A DNA stretch of 32,000 bases from assembly GCF_000014785.1 (NCBI RefSeq), contig NC_008340.1:1710001-1742000 (forward strand). Direction: 5' to 3'. Positions within the stretch are counted from its first letter, which is position 1. Every line of letters begins with the position of its first letter. The translations under genes and the position numbers were made by a program. Below the pieces are notes generated by a model, which was not told where the DNA came from, ran no database searches, and worked only from the letters and a program-made list of their open reading frames with translations. Positions 1-9,101 of the stretch are shown here, piece by piece. The stretch comes from Alkalilimnicola ehrlichii MLHE-1 (GTDB taxonomy: Bacteria > Pseudomonadota > Gammaproteobacteria > Nitrococcales > Halorhodospiraceae).

Positions 1-1184
1 CCCTGCGCGATGCGGTCCTGGCCTTAGTGCAAGTGGCTCAATCCCGTTTGATGCTGCTCAATGCCCAGCGCAATGCCCGCTATCAGCGGAGAGTAAGGGC
101 TTGTCGCGCCCGCCTCGTGCTGGAACGCCGGCCACGGGCAACCCGGTTGTCGGAACTGGTGGCGGATCATGGGGCGGATTGGCTGACGCTTTTCCGGGCG
201 TGTGGTATCGCCCTGGCCTATCGCGGTCAGTATCACACCTTCGGCACGGCACCACCCGACCGGACGCTGGCAGCCTTGGTGCAGGGCCTGGTCAGGTTGG
301 CGCCCAGGGATGCATCCTGGAGCTGGCACTCTCCGGACGACTGGCCGGTGGCGGCCGAACTCCCGCGCGGGCGCTGCTGCGGTCTGTTGGCCGCACCGGT
401 GCTGGTGGATTCGGAGCAGCCGGCGTTTCTGCTCTTCTTTCGGGCCGAGAACGTTCAAACCCGGCTTTGGGCAGGCCGGCCTGAGGCCCTCTGGGGCGCC
501 GAGAAGGTCGCCGCCCCCCTCACCCCCCGCCATTCCTTCGCGGCCTGGCGCGAGGAGGTCCGCGGCCACAGCGCGCCATGGCGTGATATCGAGCGAGAGG
601 CGGTCCTGGACCTGGCCGACGAAGTGGCCGTGCTGCTCTCCAGAAAGGAGATCGACCTGCTCAATGCCCAGTTGACCGAGGCCAACCGGCGGCTGAAGCG
701 CCAGGCCACCACCGATTCACTCACCGGCGTCTGGAACCGCTACCGCATGCAGGAGCAGATCGAGCTGGAGCGCGGCGCCCACGAGCGGTATGGCACCCCC
801 TGTTCGTTGCTGCTCTTCGACATCGATCATTTCAAGGCCGTCAACGACCAGTATGGGCACGAGGCCGGCGACCAAGTCCTGGTCGCCCTGGCCCGCGCGG
901 TGGTGGGGGAACTCCGGGCCACCGATTTTCTCGGTCGCTGGGGCGGTGAGGAGTTCATCGTGCTGGCCACGAACAGTGCCCCGGAGGAGGCATGGACCCT
1001 GGCCGAGCGGCTGCGACAGTGCATCGCCGGGCTGCGGTTTCCCGGCGTGGGACCGGTCACCATCAGTGTGGGGGTGGCATCGCTGAGCCGCGGGGATACG
1101 GTGGATCGCCTGATCGACCGCGCAGACCGGGCGATGTACCGGGCTAAGCAGCGCGGCCGTAATCGGGTGGAGCAGGCCGAATGA
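1..1184 (+). CDS. Phytochrome-type PHY domain fused to a GGDEF diguanylate cyclase (partial; N-terminus outside window)
   Basis: The frame of ORF 27..1184 stays open back to base 3, so the gene starts off-window. LTPRHSFAAWREEVRGHSAPW matches the PRxSF tongue motif of phytochrome PHY domains. The C-terminal half has GGDEF hallmarks: DSLTGVWNR, FDIDHFKAVND, the RWGGEEF active site, and an RATD (RxxD) I-site 5 residues upstream. Confidence 0.8.
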   Translation, partial: LRDAVLALVQVAQSRLMLLNAQRNARYQRRVRACRARLVLERRPRATRLSELVADHGADWLTLFRACGIALAYRGQYHTFGTAPPDRTLAALVQGLVRLAPRDASWSWHSPDDWPVAAELPRGRCCGLLAAPVLVDSEQPAFLLFFRAENVQTRLWAGRPEALWGAEKVAAPLTPRHSFAAWREEVRGHSAPWRDIEREAVLDLADEVAVLLSRKEIDLLNAQLTEANRRLKRQATTDSLTGVWNRYRMQEQIELERGAHERYGTPCSLLLFDIDHFKAVNDQYGHEAGDQVLVALARAVVGELRATDFLGRWGGEEFIVLATNSAPEEAWTLAERLRQCIAGLRFPGVGPVTISVGVASLSRGDTVDRLIDRADRAMYRAKQRGRNRVEQAE

Positions 1185-1288
1185 GCTCGATCGTGGCTCT
1201 GGGCAGTGATCGCTGGCCGCCGCCCTTGTACTTCCGGCGGGGAACAGCGATCATCCCCGGGGTCTAACACTTCCTGCCCAGGCGATTC

Positions 1289-2263
1289 ATGTTGTTCGAG
1301 ACCAGCCCGGCCAACCAGGGCGAACATCGCTGTACGCTGGTTGCCAGCGACGGGACCCGCCTTGCCTACCAGATCCGGCCCACCAGCGGCCGCCGCCGGG
1401 GCGTACTGGTCGCACTGCACGGACTGAGCAGCAACATGAGTCGCTGGGCTGAGTTCAGCGCCCAGACTCGCCTGACCCGCAACTGGGAGATTATCCGCAC
1501 CGATCTGCGCGGCCACGGCCAGTCCCTGGACTGGCGGCCGGTGGACCTGGGGCGCTGGTGCCGGGACCTGCTCTCATTGCTGGACACGGAAGGGCACCAG
1601 CGCGCAGTGCTGGTGGGCCACTGCCTGGGCGCCGCGGTGGCGGCGGAGTTTGCGCGCCGCCACCCGGACCGGGTTCAGGGCTTGGTCCTGGTGGAGCCCC
1701 TGTTGCCAGAGGCGCTGCCCGCGCGGCTGCAACGCTATTACCGCTGGCGCGGCCTGCTCCGGCCGCTGCTGGCCGCGGCCCATGCCGCCTACGCCGTGGG
1801 GCTGCACCGGCGTCGCTACCGCAGCGTGGACCTGGTGGCGCTCGACCGCGCGGCCCGCGAGCGCATGGCCCAGGAGGGGGGGGCGGATGTCATCCGCAAG
1901 AGCCACGGCCGCCCCCTGGACGACATGCGACGCATGCCCTGGGCGCTCTATGTGGAGGCCCTGCTGGCCACGGTGGGGCTGCCGGGCGATCGTCTGGCGG
2001 AGATCGGGGCGCCGACGCTGGCTCTGCTCTCCAATGGCTCGGATCTGTCCGACTGCCAGGTCACGCGCCGCTACCTGGAGGCCATGCCCCGGTGCGAGGT
2101 GCGGGTACTCGACGCCCACCACTGGCTGCCCACCGAGCGACCGGACGATGTCCGGATCCAGATCGAGGCCTTCTGCCGAGGCCTCGAGATCGAGGCGGGC
2201 GAGCCCCTGGAGGCGGCCTCCGCCGACCCCGAGGCGAGCCCCTCTCAGAGGACCCGGCCGTAG
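1289..2263 (+). CDS. Alpha/beta-fold hydrolase with a Cys in the nucleophile elbow
   Basis: 324-aa ATG ORF. It has an HG oxyanion motif (VALHGLSS), a nucleophile elbow GHCLG (Cys where Ser is usual), and a C-terminal DAHHW catalytic-His region. Its 3' end overlaps the convergent rimO 3' end by 19 nt. Confidence 0.8.
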   Translation: MLFETSPANQGEHRCTLVASDGTRLAYQIRPTSGRRRGVLVALHGLSSNMSRWAEFSAQTRLTRNWEIIRTDLRGHGQSLDWRPVDLGRWCRDLLSLLDTEGHQRAVLVGHCLGAAVAAEFARRHPDRVQGLVLVEPLLPEALPARLQRYYRWRGLLRPLLAAAHAAYAVGLHRRRYRSVDLVALDRAARERMAQEGGADVIRKSHGRPLDDMRRMPWALYVEALLATVGLPGDRLAEIGAPTLALLSNGSDLSDCQVTRRYLEAMPRCEVRVLDAHHWLPTERPDDVRIQIEAFCRGLEIEAGEPLEAASADPEASPSQRTRP

Positions 2264-3576
2264 AGGTCGTGCTCGTCCGCGTCCTCCAGCCGGGCCGGCA
2301 CCCATTGGCCGGGCGCGCAACCCTCGGCCCCCCGCAGATGGATCACACCATCCACCTCCGGCGCCTCCAACTGCGACCGCCCCACCGCCGCATCCCCGTC
2401 CACGGCGTCCAGCAGCACGGTGCACTCCGTGCCCACGCGCCGCGCCAGGCGCCGGGCGCTGATCTCGGCCTGCAACGCCATCAGCCGGGCCTGGCGCTGC
2501 TCGGCGATCGCCTCCGGCACCGGATCCGCCAGGGCGTTGGCGGCCGCACCCTCCACCGGTGAATAGGTGAAGCACCCGACCCGGTCCAGTTCCGCTGCCT
2601 CCAGGAATTCGAGCAGCACCTGGAAATCGTCCTCGGTCTCGCCAGGGAAGCCGACAATGAAGGTGGAGCGCAGGGTCAGGTCCGGACAGCGCTGGCGCCA
2701 GCGACGGATCCTCTCGAGCACCGCCTCGCCGCCGGCGGGGCGGCGCATGGCCTTGAGGATGCGGGGACTGGCGTGCTGCAACGGCATATCCAGGTAGGGG
2801 GCAATGCGCCCCTCCGCCATCAGCGGGATCAGTTCGTCCACGTGGGGGTAGGGATAGACATAGTGCAGCCGCACCCAAACGCCCAGTTCGGCGAGGGCGT
2901 CGGCCAGCTCGGTCATGCGCGTGCGCCGGGGGACACCGCGCCATTCCGCCGCCGCATAACGGGTATCCACCCCGTAGGCGGAGGTGTCCTGGGAGATGAC
3001 CAGCAGCTCGCGCACCCCGTCCCCGACCAGCCGCTCCGCCTCGGCGAGCACCTGGTCCACCGGCCGGCTCACCAGCCGGCCCCGGAGCTGGGGGATAATG
3101 CAGAAGGTGCAGTGGTGATTACAGCCCTCGGAGATCTTCAGATAGGCGTAGTGGCGCGGGGTGAGCTTGACACCGCTGGCCGGCAGCAGGCCAGTGAAGG
3201 CATCCCGGGCCGGCGGGGGGCACTGGGCGTGCACGGCCGCCATCACCGCCTCGTAGTCCTGCGGGCCGGTGATGGCCAGCACCCCCGGATGGGTCTCTCG
3301 GATCAGATCGCCCTTGGTGCCCAGACACCCGGTGACCACCACCTTGCCGTTCTCATCCAGGGCCTCACCGATCGCGTCCAGCGATTCCGCCTGAGCCGCC
3401 TCAATGAAGGCGCAGGTGTTGACCACCACCACATCGGCCTCCTCGTAGCCGCCGACGATCTCATAGCCCTCCACCCGGAGCTGGGTCAGGATGCGCTCGG
3501 AGTCGACCAGCGCCTTGGGGCACCCCAGGCTGACAAAGCCCACGCGGGGCGAATTGGCGGCAACGATTGCAGACAT
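2245..3576 (-). CDS. rimO: Ribosomal protein S12 methylthiotransferase RimO
   Basis: N-terminal MTTase motif [19 protein letters not shown], radical-SAM CNHHCTFC (CxxxCxxC), and a C-terminal TRAM-like end. I chose ATG 3576 (AGGTGA 8 nt upstream) rather than the ORF-track start at 3621. Confidence 0.9.
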   Translation of the reverse strand: MSAIVAANSPRVGFVSLGCPKALVDSERILTQLRVEGYEIVGGYEEADVVVVNTCAFIEAAQAESLDAIGEALDENGKVVVTGCLGTKGDLIRETHPGVLAITGPQDYEAVMAAVHAQCPPPARDAFTGLLPASGVKLTPRHYAYLKISEGCNHHCTFCIIPQLRGRLVSRPVDQVLAEAERLVGDGVRELLVISQDTSAYGVDTRYAAAEWRGVPRRTRMTELADALAELGVWVRLHYVYPYPHVDELIPLMAEGRIAPYLDMPLQHASPRILKAMRRPAGGEAVLERIRRWRQRCPDLTLRSTFIVGFPGETEDDFQVLLEFLEAAELDRVGCFTYSPVEGAAANALADPVPEAIAEQRQARLMALQAEISARRLARRVGTECTVLLDAVDGDAAVGRSQLEAPEVDGVIHLRGAEGCAPGQWVPARLEDADEHDLYGRVL

Positions 3577-3724
3577 GGCGGTGGTCACCTGAACGGCAGG
3601 GGGACGATCGTGAGGCCGCACCGGGCCACGCTGACCGGCCCGATGCGGCAGGAGATGGTAATCGGTCCGCGCTGCCGCCGCAAACCGTCTAGGTCACCAC
3701 CCGTCTGCGTGGTGCCAACGCCAA

Positions 3725-4381
3725 TCAGAACCGGTACCCGATCACCAGGTGGAAGTCCTGGGCGTGCGGGTCCGCCTCCACCTCGTCGCCGTCAATACGG
3801 AAGTCTTCGGACCCGTAGACGGTCTGGGTGTACTCAATACGGAAAAAGACATTGTCCTGAGTGGCCATCTCCACCCCGGCACCGAAGCGGAAGCCATCGA
3901 AGTCCTTGTCATCCTTGTCCACCCCGGCCACGCTCAGCTCGGCGTTGGTCCGCTGCCACCCGGCCAGGCCGTAGAGCAGTACACGGTCGCTGATCACCCG
4001 GCCGAGGCGCGCATCGATCCCGTAGCTCTCCTCCACGTCCAAGTCGGCGTCCGTGCCCAACGACGCATCGGCGTTGTTCAACAGGAAATTCCCCTGGAAC
4101 CCGAAGTACCAGCCGTCGTTGACCGTCCCGGTGCCGAGCAGCACGCCGCTGCTCACTCCGCTGGCGGCAAGCCCTTTGATCGAGTCGCCATCGGTCTCGA
4201 TATCGGTGTCGTAGCCGGCCCAACCGATCTGGCCACCCAGGTAAACCCCGTGGAACGCATTGTTGGCCAGCGCGGTGGCGGGCCCACCGGCCAGCAGGGC
4301 CGCCACCGCGGCCGCACACAGTCCGCTCGCCACGGCGCCGCGGCCACCGCGATGAGGCTTCCCGACGTTATCCCGTTTCAT
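3725..4381 (-). CDS. Small outer-membrane beta-barrel protein
   Basis: Signal peptide ending ATALA-NN, alternating hydrophobic beta-strand pattern, Gly/aromatic-rich composition, and an OMP-type C-terminus (VIGYRF). I chose ATG 4381, preceded by AAGGAG; the ORF-track N-terminal extension is not needed. Confidence 0.75.
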   Translation of the reverse strand: MKRDNVGKPHRGGRGAVASGLCAAAVAALLAGGPATALANNAFHGVYLGGQIGWAGYDTDIETDGDSIKGLAASGVSSGVLLGTGTVNDGWYFGFQGNFLLNNADASLGTDADLDVEESYGIDARLGRVISDRVLLYGLAGWQRTNAELSVAGVDKDDKDFDGFRFGAGVEMATQDNVFFRIEYTQTVYGSEDFRIDGDEVEADPHAQDFHLVIGYRF

Positions 4382-4457
4382 CCGTCGCTCCTTGTCCGTT
4401 ATGGTTTGGCACACTGATTGAGGCGCGACCTCGCACACTGTCGCAAGTTTGCCACGC

Positions 4458-4479
4458 CCAGGCCACGGCCGTGGCCTGG
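4458..4479. repeat. Perfect 22-bp palindrome CCAGGCCACGGCCGTGGCCTGG in a divergent intergenic region (candidate operator)
   Basis: All 11 base pairs were checked by hand. It lies between the divergent OMP gene (start 4381, minus) and the FAD oxidoreductase gene (start 4510, plus). Both flanking genes read away from it, so it cannot act as a terminator. Confidence 0.6.
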
Positions 4480-4509
4480 ATACCACTATAGACGCGGATC
4501 CTACAGCCG

Positions 4510-5598
4510 ATGCCTTTCAATGCCCAGCCGTCAACCCCGAAGCCCCGGGAGATCCTCATCGTCGGCCAGGGCCTGGCCGGCAGCCTGCTCGCCATGGCCC
4601 TGCTGCGTCACGGCCTGCGCCCCCGGGTGGTGGAGGACGACCGGCCGGGTTCGGCCAGCCTCGCCGCGGCCGGGATTACCAGCCCGGTCACCGGCCCCCG
4701 CCTAGCGCGCATCCCCCTCGCCGACCAAGTGCTGCCCGCGATCCCCGAGCTGACCCGCGACCTGGAGCATCAGCTCGGCCGGCGCCTCTTCCACCCCCGG
4801 CCCATCGCGCGCCTGTTCGGCAGCGAGCAGGAACAGCGGCGCTGGCAGGAGCGCCGCGTTAAGCCGGGCTTTGCAGAGCTGCTAGGGCCACGCTTTGAGG
4901 CGGGCAGCCTTCCGGGCGTACACGGGGACCCGCTGGGCGGCTTCCACCTGCACCAGGGGGGCTGGTGGGACCTGCCCGGCCTGCTCAGCGCGGTCCGGGA
5001 GCGGCTGAAGGCCGAGGGCCTGCTGAGCGTGGAAACCGTCGACCACGCGGATTTCAAACCGGGGCGGGCGGGGGTGCGCTGGGCCGGCAGGGACTGGGAC
5101 CGGGTGGTCTTCTGCGAAGGCCACCGCGCCCTGGACAACCCCTGGTTCGCCCGCCTGCCCTACCGCTACGCCCGTGGCGAGGTACTCACCCTGCGCTCCG
5201 CGCACCCCCTGCCCCGGCGGATCATCGCCGGCGGCAAGGGGGTCCTGCCCCTGGATGAGCACACCCTGCGCGTGGGCGCCACCTTCCATCGGGCGGACCG
5301 CGACACCGGCTTCCGGGCGGGCGACGAGACGGCCCTTCTGGAGACCGCCGCGCGCCTTCTGGGCCACGATCGGCTGGAGGTGTTGGACCGGCGGGTCGGC
5401 GTGCGCTGCGGCTCCCGGCATAATGTACCGTTCGTCGGCGCCCACCCCTCGGAGCCCCGGCTCTATATCCTCAACGGCCTGGGCTCCAAGGGCACACTCC
5501 AGGCCCCCTATTACGCGCAGCGGCTGGCCGACCACCTCGCCCGGGGCACCCCCCTGCCCCGGGCCTGCGCCCTGCCGCTGGCTGACGACGAGGGCTAA
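4510..5598 (+). CDS. FAD-dependent oxidoreductase (DAO / D-amino-acid-oxidase-like family)
   Basis: N-terminal Rossmann dinucleotide motif ILIVGQGLAGS...VVEDD, and a length and layout typical of DAO-family flavoproteins. The substrate cannot be inferred. Confidence 0.7.
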   Translation: MPFNAQPSTPKPREILIVGQGLAGSLLAMALLRHGLRPRVVEDDRPGSASLAAAGITSPVTGPRLARIPLADQVLPAIPELTRDLEHQLGRRLFHPRPIARLFGSEQEQRRWQERRVKPGFAELLGPRFEAGSLPGVHGDPLGGFHLHQGGWWDLPGLLSAVRERLKAEGLLSVETVDHADFKPGRAGVRWAGRDWDRVVFCEGHRALDNPWFARLPYRYARGEVLTLRSAHPLPRRIIAGGKGVLPLDEHTLRVGATFHRADRDTGFRAGDETALLETAARLLGHDRLEVLDRRVGVRCGSRHNVPFVGAHPSEPRLYILNGLGSKGTLQAPYYAQRLADHLARGTPLPRACALPLADDEG

Positions 5599-5621
5599 CG
5601 GCGGCAGGGGCCCCGGCGCCC

Positions 5622-6203
5622 TCAGTCGGCCGCGCCACCGCCCTCGGCCCCGGCCGCCGGCAGCCGCAAAAAGTGCGCCCGGTAGTGGCGTAGCTCCGCC
5701 ACCGACTCCCGAATGTCCTCCAGCGCCTGGTGGGTCGCCTTCTTGCTGAAGCCCTGGAGCACCTCCGGGTGCCAGCGGTTGGCCAGCAGCTTCAGGGTGC
5801 TGACATCGAGGTTGCGGTAGTGGAACCAGGCCTCCAGCCGCGGCATGTAGCGGTACAGAAACCGCCGGTCCTGACAGATGCTGTTGCCGCACATGGGCGA
5901 GGCCCGCTCCGGCACCCAGCGGCGCAAAAAGGCCAGGGTCTCCGCCTCTGCAGCGGCCTCGTCCAGGTGGCTTGCGCGTACCCGTTCGATCAGGCCGGAT
6001 TCGCCGTGGGTGCGGGTGTTCCACTCGTCCATGGCGGCCAGCGCCTGCTCGGATTGACGCACCGCCAACACCGGCCCCTCGGCCAGGATGTTCAGCTGGC
6101 TGTCGGTGACCAGGGTGGCGATCTCGATGATGCGGTCGGTATCCGGATCGAGCCCGGTCATTTCCAGGTCCAGCCAGACCAGATTGTGCTCGGAAAAACC
6201 CAT
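5622..6203 (-). CDS. orn: Oligoribonuclease
   Basis: Near-full-length resemblance to Orn: [14 protein letters not shown] (DEDD exo I), [12 protein letters not shown], and [18 protein letters not shown] (DEDDh His). GAGGAG lies upstream of the ATG. It is divergent from rsgA, as in enterobacteria. Confidence 0.93.
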   Translation of the reverse strand: MGFSEHNLVWLDLEMTGLDPDTDRIIEIATLVTDSQLNILAEGPVLAVRQSEQALAAMDEWNTRTHGESGLIERVRASHLDEAAAEAETLAFLRRWVPERASPMCGNSICQDRRFLYRYMPRLEAWFHYRNLDVSTLKLLANRWHPEVLQGFSKKATHQALEDIRESVAELRHYRAHFLRLPAAGAEGGGAAD

Positions 6204-6352
6204 GTCCGCTCCTCAGCCTGAGATTGGGGCCAGTTTACTGGATGAGTCCCGCCATGTGGGCCTGCAGTCCCGTACGCACCGTGGCACAATCCCGCAGCAG
6301 GAGGCACCAGCCACGCCCTGACCACAACCACCCGGGGGACGGAGAACCACCA

Positions 6353-7246
6353 GTGAGCCCAGCAGCCGGACAAACGGGCCGGGTCGTCAGCCACCACGGC
6401 CGCGAGAGCCTGGTCGAAGACCGGGAGGGCCGCCTGTATCGCTGTCTGTCGCTAAAGCGGGTCGGGCGCCCCCTGTGCGGCGACTACGTGGATTGGCACC
6501 CGGAGACGGACGAAACCGGGGTGATCGACCGCATTCATCCGCGCCACGGCGTCATCGCACGCACCGCCTACAACGGCCGGGTGCAGGCCATCGCCGCCAA
6601 CGTCGACCGCATGGTGGTGGTTTCCGCGTTGGAGCCGCCGCCGGACCCGGAACTGATCAACCGCTACCTGGTGCTGGCCCACCACCTGGCGGTGGAACCG
6701 TTGCTCTGGCTCAACAAGACCGACCTGGACCCGGACCAGGCGGAGCGGCTGCTCGCGTCGGTCTTCGCCGGCCACCGGGCCCGGGGGGTGGCGGTAATGG
6801 CCGGCAGTCCCCACACCGGCGAGGGCATGGAGACGCTGCGGGAGGCGCTGCGGGAGGGCACCAGTGTGCTGGTCGGCCTATCCGGCGTGGGCAAGTCGTC
6901 GCTGATCAAGGCCCTGCTCCCCGACCGTGACCTGCGCATTGGCGATCTCTCGGCGCGGAGCGGTCTGGGCCGCCACACCACCACCGAGACCACCCTCTAC
7001 CACCTGCCCGAGGGGGGCGATCTCATCGACTCCCCCGGTATCCGTGCCCTGCGCCTGGCCAACATCCCGCGCGAGGCGTTGCAACCCGCCTTTCCGGAGA
7101 TCGCCCGGGTGGCCAGCGGCTGCCGGTTCCATAACTGTCAGCACCGCAACGAGCCCGGTTGCGCGGTCCGCGCCGCCGTCGAGCGGGGTGAGATCGAGCC
7201 AGGACGGCTGGCCACCCTGCACCACCTGCTGGACGAAGCCGCCTGA
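6353..7246 (+). CDS. rsgA: Ribosome small-subunit-dependent GTPase A
   Basis: Circularly permuted GTPase motifs in RsgA order: NKTDL (G4), GLSGVGKSSL (P-loop), DSPG (G3), then the zinc-finger CRFHNCQHRNEPGC. Start uncertain. The ORF is open from 6224, and I chose GTG 6353 because GGAG lies 8 nt upstream. ATG 6242, ATG 6254 and GTG 6281 are alternatives. Confidence 0.88.
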   Translation: MSPAAGQTGRVVSHHGRESLVEDREGRLYRCLSLKRVGRPLCGDYVDWHPETDETGVIDRIHPRHGVIARTAYNGRVQAIAANVDRMVVVSALEPPPDPELINRYLVLAHHLAVEPLLWLNKTDLDPDQAERLLASVFAGHRARGVAVMAGSPHTGEGMETLREALREGTSVLVGLSGVGKSSLIKALLPDRDLRIGDLSARSGLGRHTTTETTLYHLPEGGDLIDSPGIRALRLANIPREALQPAFPEIARVASGCRFHNCQHRNEPGCAVRAAVERGEIEPGRLATLHHLLDEAA

Positions 7247-7261
7247 TCGGCGCTACCGGCG

Positions 7262-8119
7262 CTACAGGGCGTCGGGTGCCACCGACTCCGGGCTGCGCAT
7301 GGCCTGATCGGCCTCGGGGGTCAGAAGGATGATGCTGATCCGCCGATTCACCGGGGCCATGGGATTGTCCGGATCCAGCGGCTGCGTCTCCGCCACCCCG
7401 ACCACCTGAGCCACCCGATAGGGAGCAATGCCGCTGGCGGTCAGCGTCCGCCGCGCCGCATTGGCCCGGTCGGTGGAGAGCTCCCAGTTGGTGTAGTCAC
7501 GCCGGCCGACAAAGGGCCGGGCGTCGGTGTGCCCCGAGATGCGCAACGCGTTCGGCACCCGCTCCAACACCCCGGTGAGGCCGGAGAGGATCTCCGCTGC
7601 GTAGCTGCGCAGGCGGGCACTGCCCAGGTCAAACATCGGCCGGTTCTCGGCGTCCACCAACTGGATGCGCAGGCCATCCGGGGTCATGTCCATCAGCACC
7701 TGATCGCGGAACTCAGCCAGTTCCTCTTTCTCCTCCAGGGCCCGCTCCAACTCGCTGAGCAGGTCGCGCATGGCGCCCTCACTGATCCAGGCCCCCTCGT
7801 CCCGCTGCTGGTCCATCGGTGTCGGCGTCTCACCCAGCTCCAGCGGCGTGGGCGAGCCCCCTTCCAGATCCAGCATGGAGGGCGCCGACTCGGCCCCGCT
7901 GTCATCGACCAGCGTCGGGTTGCGAAAGTAGTCAGCCACCGCCGCACGCTGCGGGTCGTCCATGGCGGTCACGATCCAGAGCACCAGGAACATGGCGAAC
8001 ATCGCGGTCATGAAGTCGGCGAAGGCGACCTTCCACGACCCGCCGTGGTGCCCGCCGACCACCTTCTTGACCCGCTTGACAACAATGGGCCGCGTGCGGT
8101 TGTCCTCGAAACCGGCCAT
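7262..8119 (-). CDS. motB: Flagellar stator protein MotB
   Basis: Single N-terminal TM segment with the conserved Asp (WKVAFADFMTAMFAMFLVLWI). C-terminal OmpA-like peptidoglycan-binding domain (ISGHTDARP...NRRISI). It starts 4 nt after the motA stop. Confidence 0.9.
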   Translation of the reverse strand: MAGFEDNRTRPIVVKRVKKVVGGHHGGSWKVAFADFMTAMFAMFLVLWIVTAMDDPQRAAVADYFRNPTLVDDSGAESAPSMLDLEGGSPTPLELGETPTPMDQQRDEGAWISEGAMRDLLSELERALEEKEELAEFRDQVLMDMTPDGLRIQLVDAENRPMFDLGSARLRSYAAEILSGLTGVLERVPNALRISGHTDARPFVGRRDYTNWELSTDRANAARRTLTASGIAPYRVAQVVGVAETQPLDPDNPMAPVNRRISIILLTPEADQAMRSPESVAPDAL

Positions 8120-8123
8120 GGCG

Positions 8124-8981
8124 TCAGGCGTTGTGCCCCTTCACGTGATTCTCCAGCTCCTCGAAGCTCGGCCGCTCGGCCTCGTACATCGCCTTGCGTC
8201 CGAACTCCACGGCCACCACCGGCTTGTAGCCATTGAGGACAGCCATGATGGTCACCTTGATCACCTCCAGGTACTTGGCCTTCTCCCGGGCCCGGTGCTC
8301 CATGGCGATCCCCAGTGGCCCGACCAGCGAGTAGCCCGCCAGGATGCCGATAAAGGTACCGATCAGCGCAGCGGCGACCAGGGAGCCGATCTGCTGGACG
8401 GGGCCGTCGATCTCGCCCATAGCAATCACAATGCCGAGCAGCGCGGCGATGATACCGAACCCGGGCAGGGCGTCGGCCACTCGGTTGACCGCATGGGCCG
8501 GCAGTTCCGCCTCCTGGTGGTGGGTCTCCAGCTCCACATCCATGAGGTTTTCCAGCTCGAAGGGGTTCATGTTCCCGCCGACCATCAGCCGCAGGTAGTC
8601 GCAGAGGAAATGCAGCGCTTCGTGGTCGTTGAGCACCGAGGGGTACTTGCGGAACAGTTCGCTCTCGTGGGGGTTGTCCACGTCGGCCTCGATGGAGAGC
8701 AGGCCATCGCGCTGCGTCTTCTGGAAGACCTCGTAGAGCAGCGCCAGCAAATCCATATAGTGCTGCTTGCGGTAGGGCGGGCCCTTCATGATCCGGGGGA
8801 CATTGCCTGCCACCTGCTTGACCACCTTCATGGGGTTGGCGATCAGAAAGGCACCGCCGGCGGCCCCGAAGATGATCAACACCTCGAAAGGCTGCCAAAG
8901 CACGGCGAGATTACCGCCGTGGGCGGTATACCCCACCGCGACCGAGACCAGAACGATGATGACGCCAAGAATGAGCTTCAT
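8124..8981 (-). CDS. motA: Flagellar stator protein MotA
   Basis: 285 aa with a MotA/TolQ/ExbB channel topology. MotA-like N-terminus (MKLILGVIIVLVSVAVGY) and a conserved C-terminal TM pair (ALPGFGIIAALLGIV...ALIGTFIGIL). Confidence 0.9.
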   Translation of the reverse strand: MKLILGVIIVLVSVAVGYTAHGGNLAVLWQPFEVLIIFGAAGGAFLIANPMKVVKQVAGNVPRIMKGPPYRKQHYMDLLALLYEVFQKTQRDGLLSIEADVDNPHESELFRKYPSVLNDHEALHFLCDYLRLMVGGNMNPFELENLMDVELETHHQEAELPAHAVNRVADALPGFGIIAALLGIVIAMGEIDGPVQQIGSLVAAALIGTFIGILAGYSLVGPLGIAMEHRAREKAKYLEVIKVTIMAVLNGYKPVVAVEFGRKAMYEAERPSFEELENHVKGHNA

Positions 8982-9039
8982 AAATGGATTCGGCGGGTGC
9001 GCCGCATTTCCCTGCGTTTTGGAGCGGATTTGGCTAGTC

Positions 9040-9068
9040 AGTATATACTAGCGACCAGAGAGGCCCAA
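9040..9068 (-). promoter_or_regulatory. Candidate sigma70-type promoter for motAB (-35 TTGGGC, 17-bp spacer, -10 TATACT)
   Basis: On the minus strand, TTGGGC sits at 9068..9063 and TATACT at 9045..9040, with a 17-nt spacer counted by hand. It overlaps the inverted repeat GCTAGT-N8-ACTAGC (9033..9052). This is a motif match only; stator genes are often sigma28-dependent. Confidence 0.3.
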
Positions 9069-9101
9069 TCATGAGCAGCCCCGCGGGGAAAGGCGCGCGC
9101 A

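Noticed and set aside
1574-6024. Other long shadow ORFs: 1574..2944 minus, 1558..2562 plus, 2773..3993 plus, 4882..6024 minus
   Set aside because: Each overlaps a confidently recognised gene (hydrolase, rimO, OMP, FAD oxidoreductase, orn) in another frame or strand. Each translates to Arg/Pro/Gly/Ala-rich low-complexity sequence.
8988-8994. Sigma28 (FliA) -10-like GCCGAAT upstream of motA
   Set aside because: It lies only about 7 nt from the motA ATG. There is also no TAAA-type -35 element at the required ~15-nt spacing.
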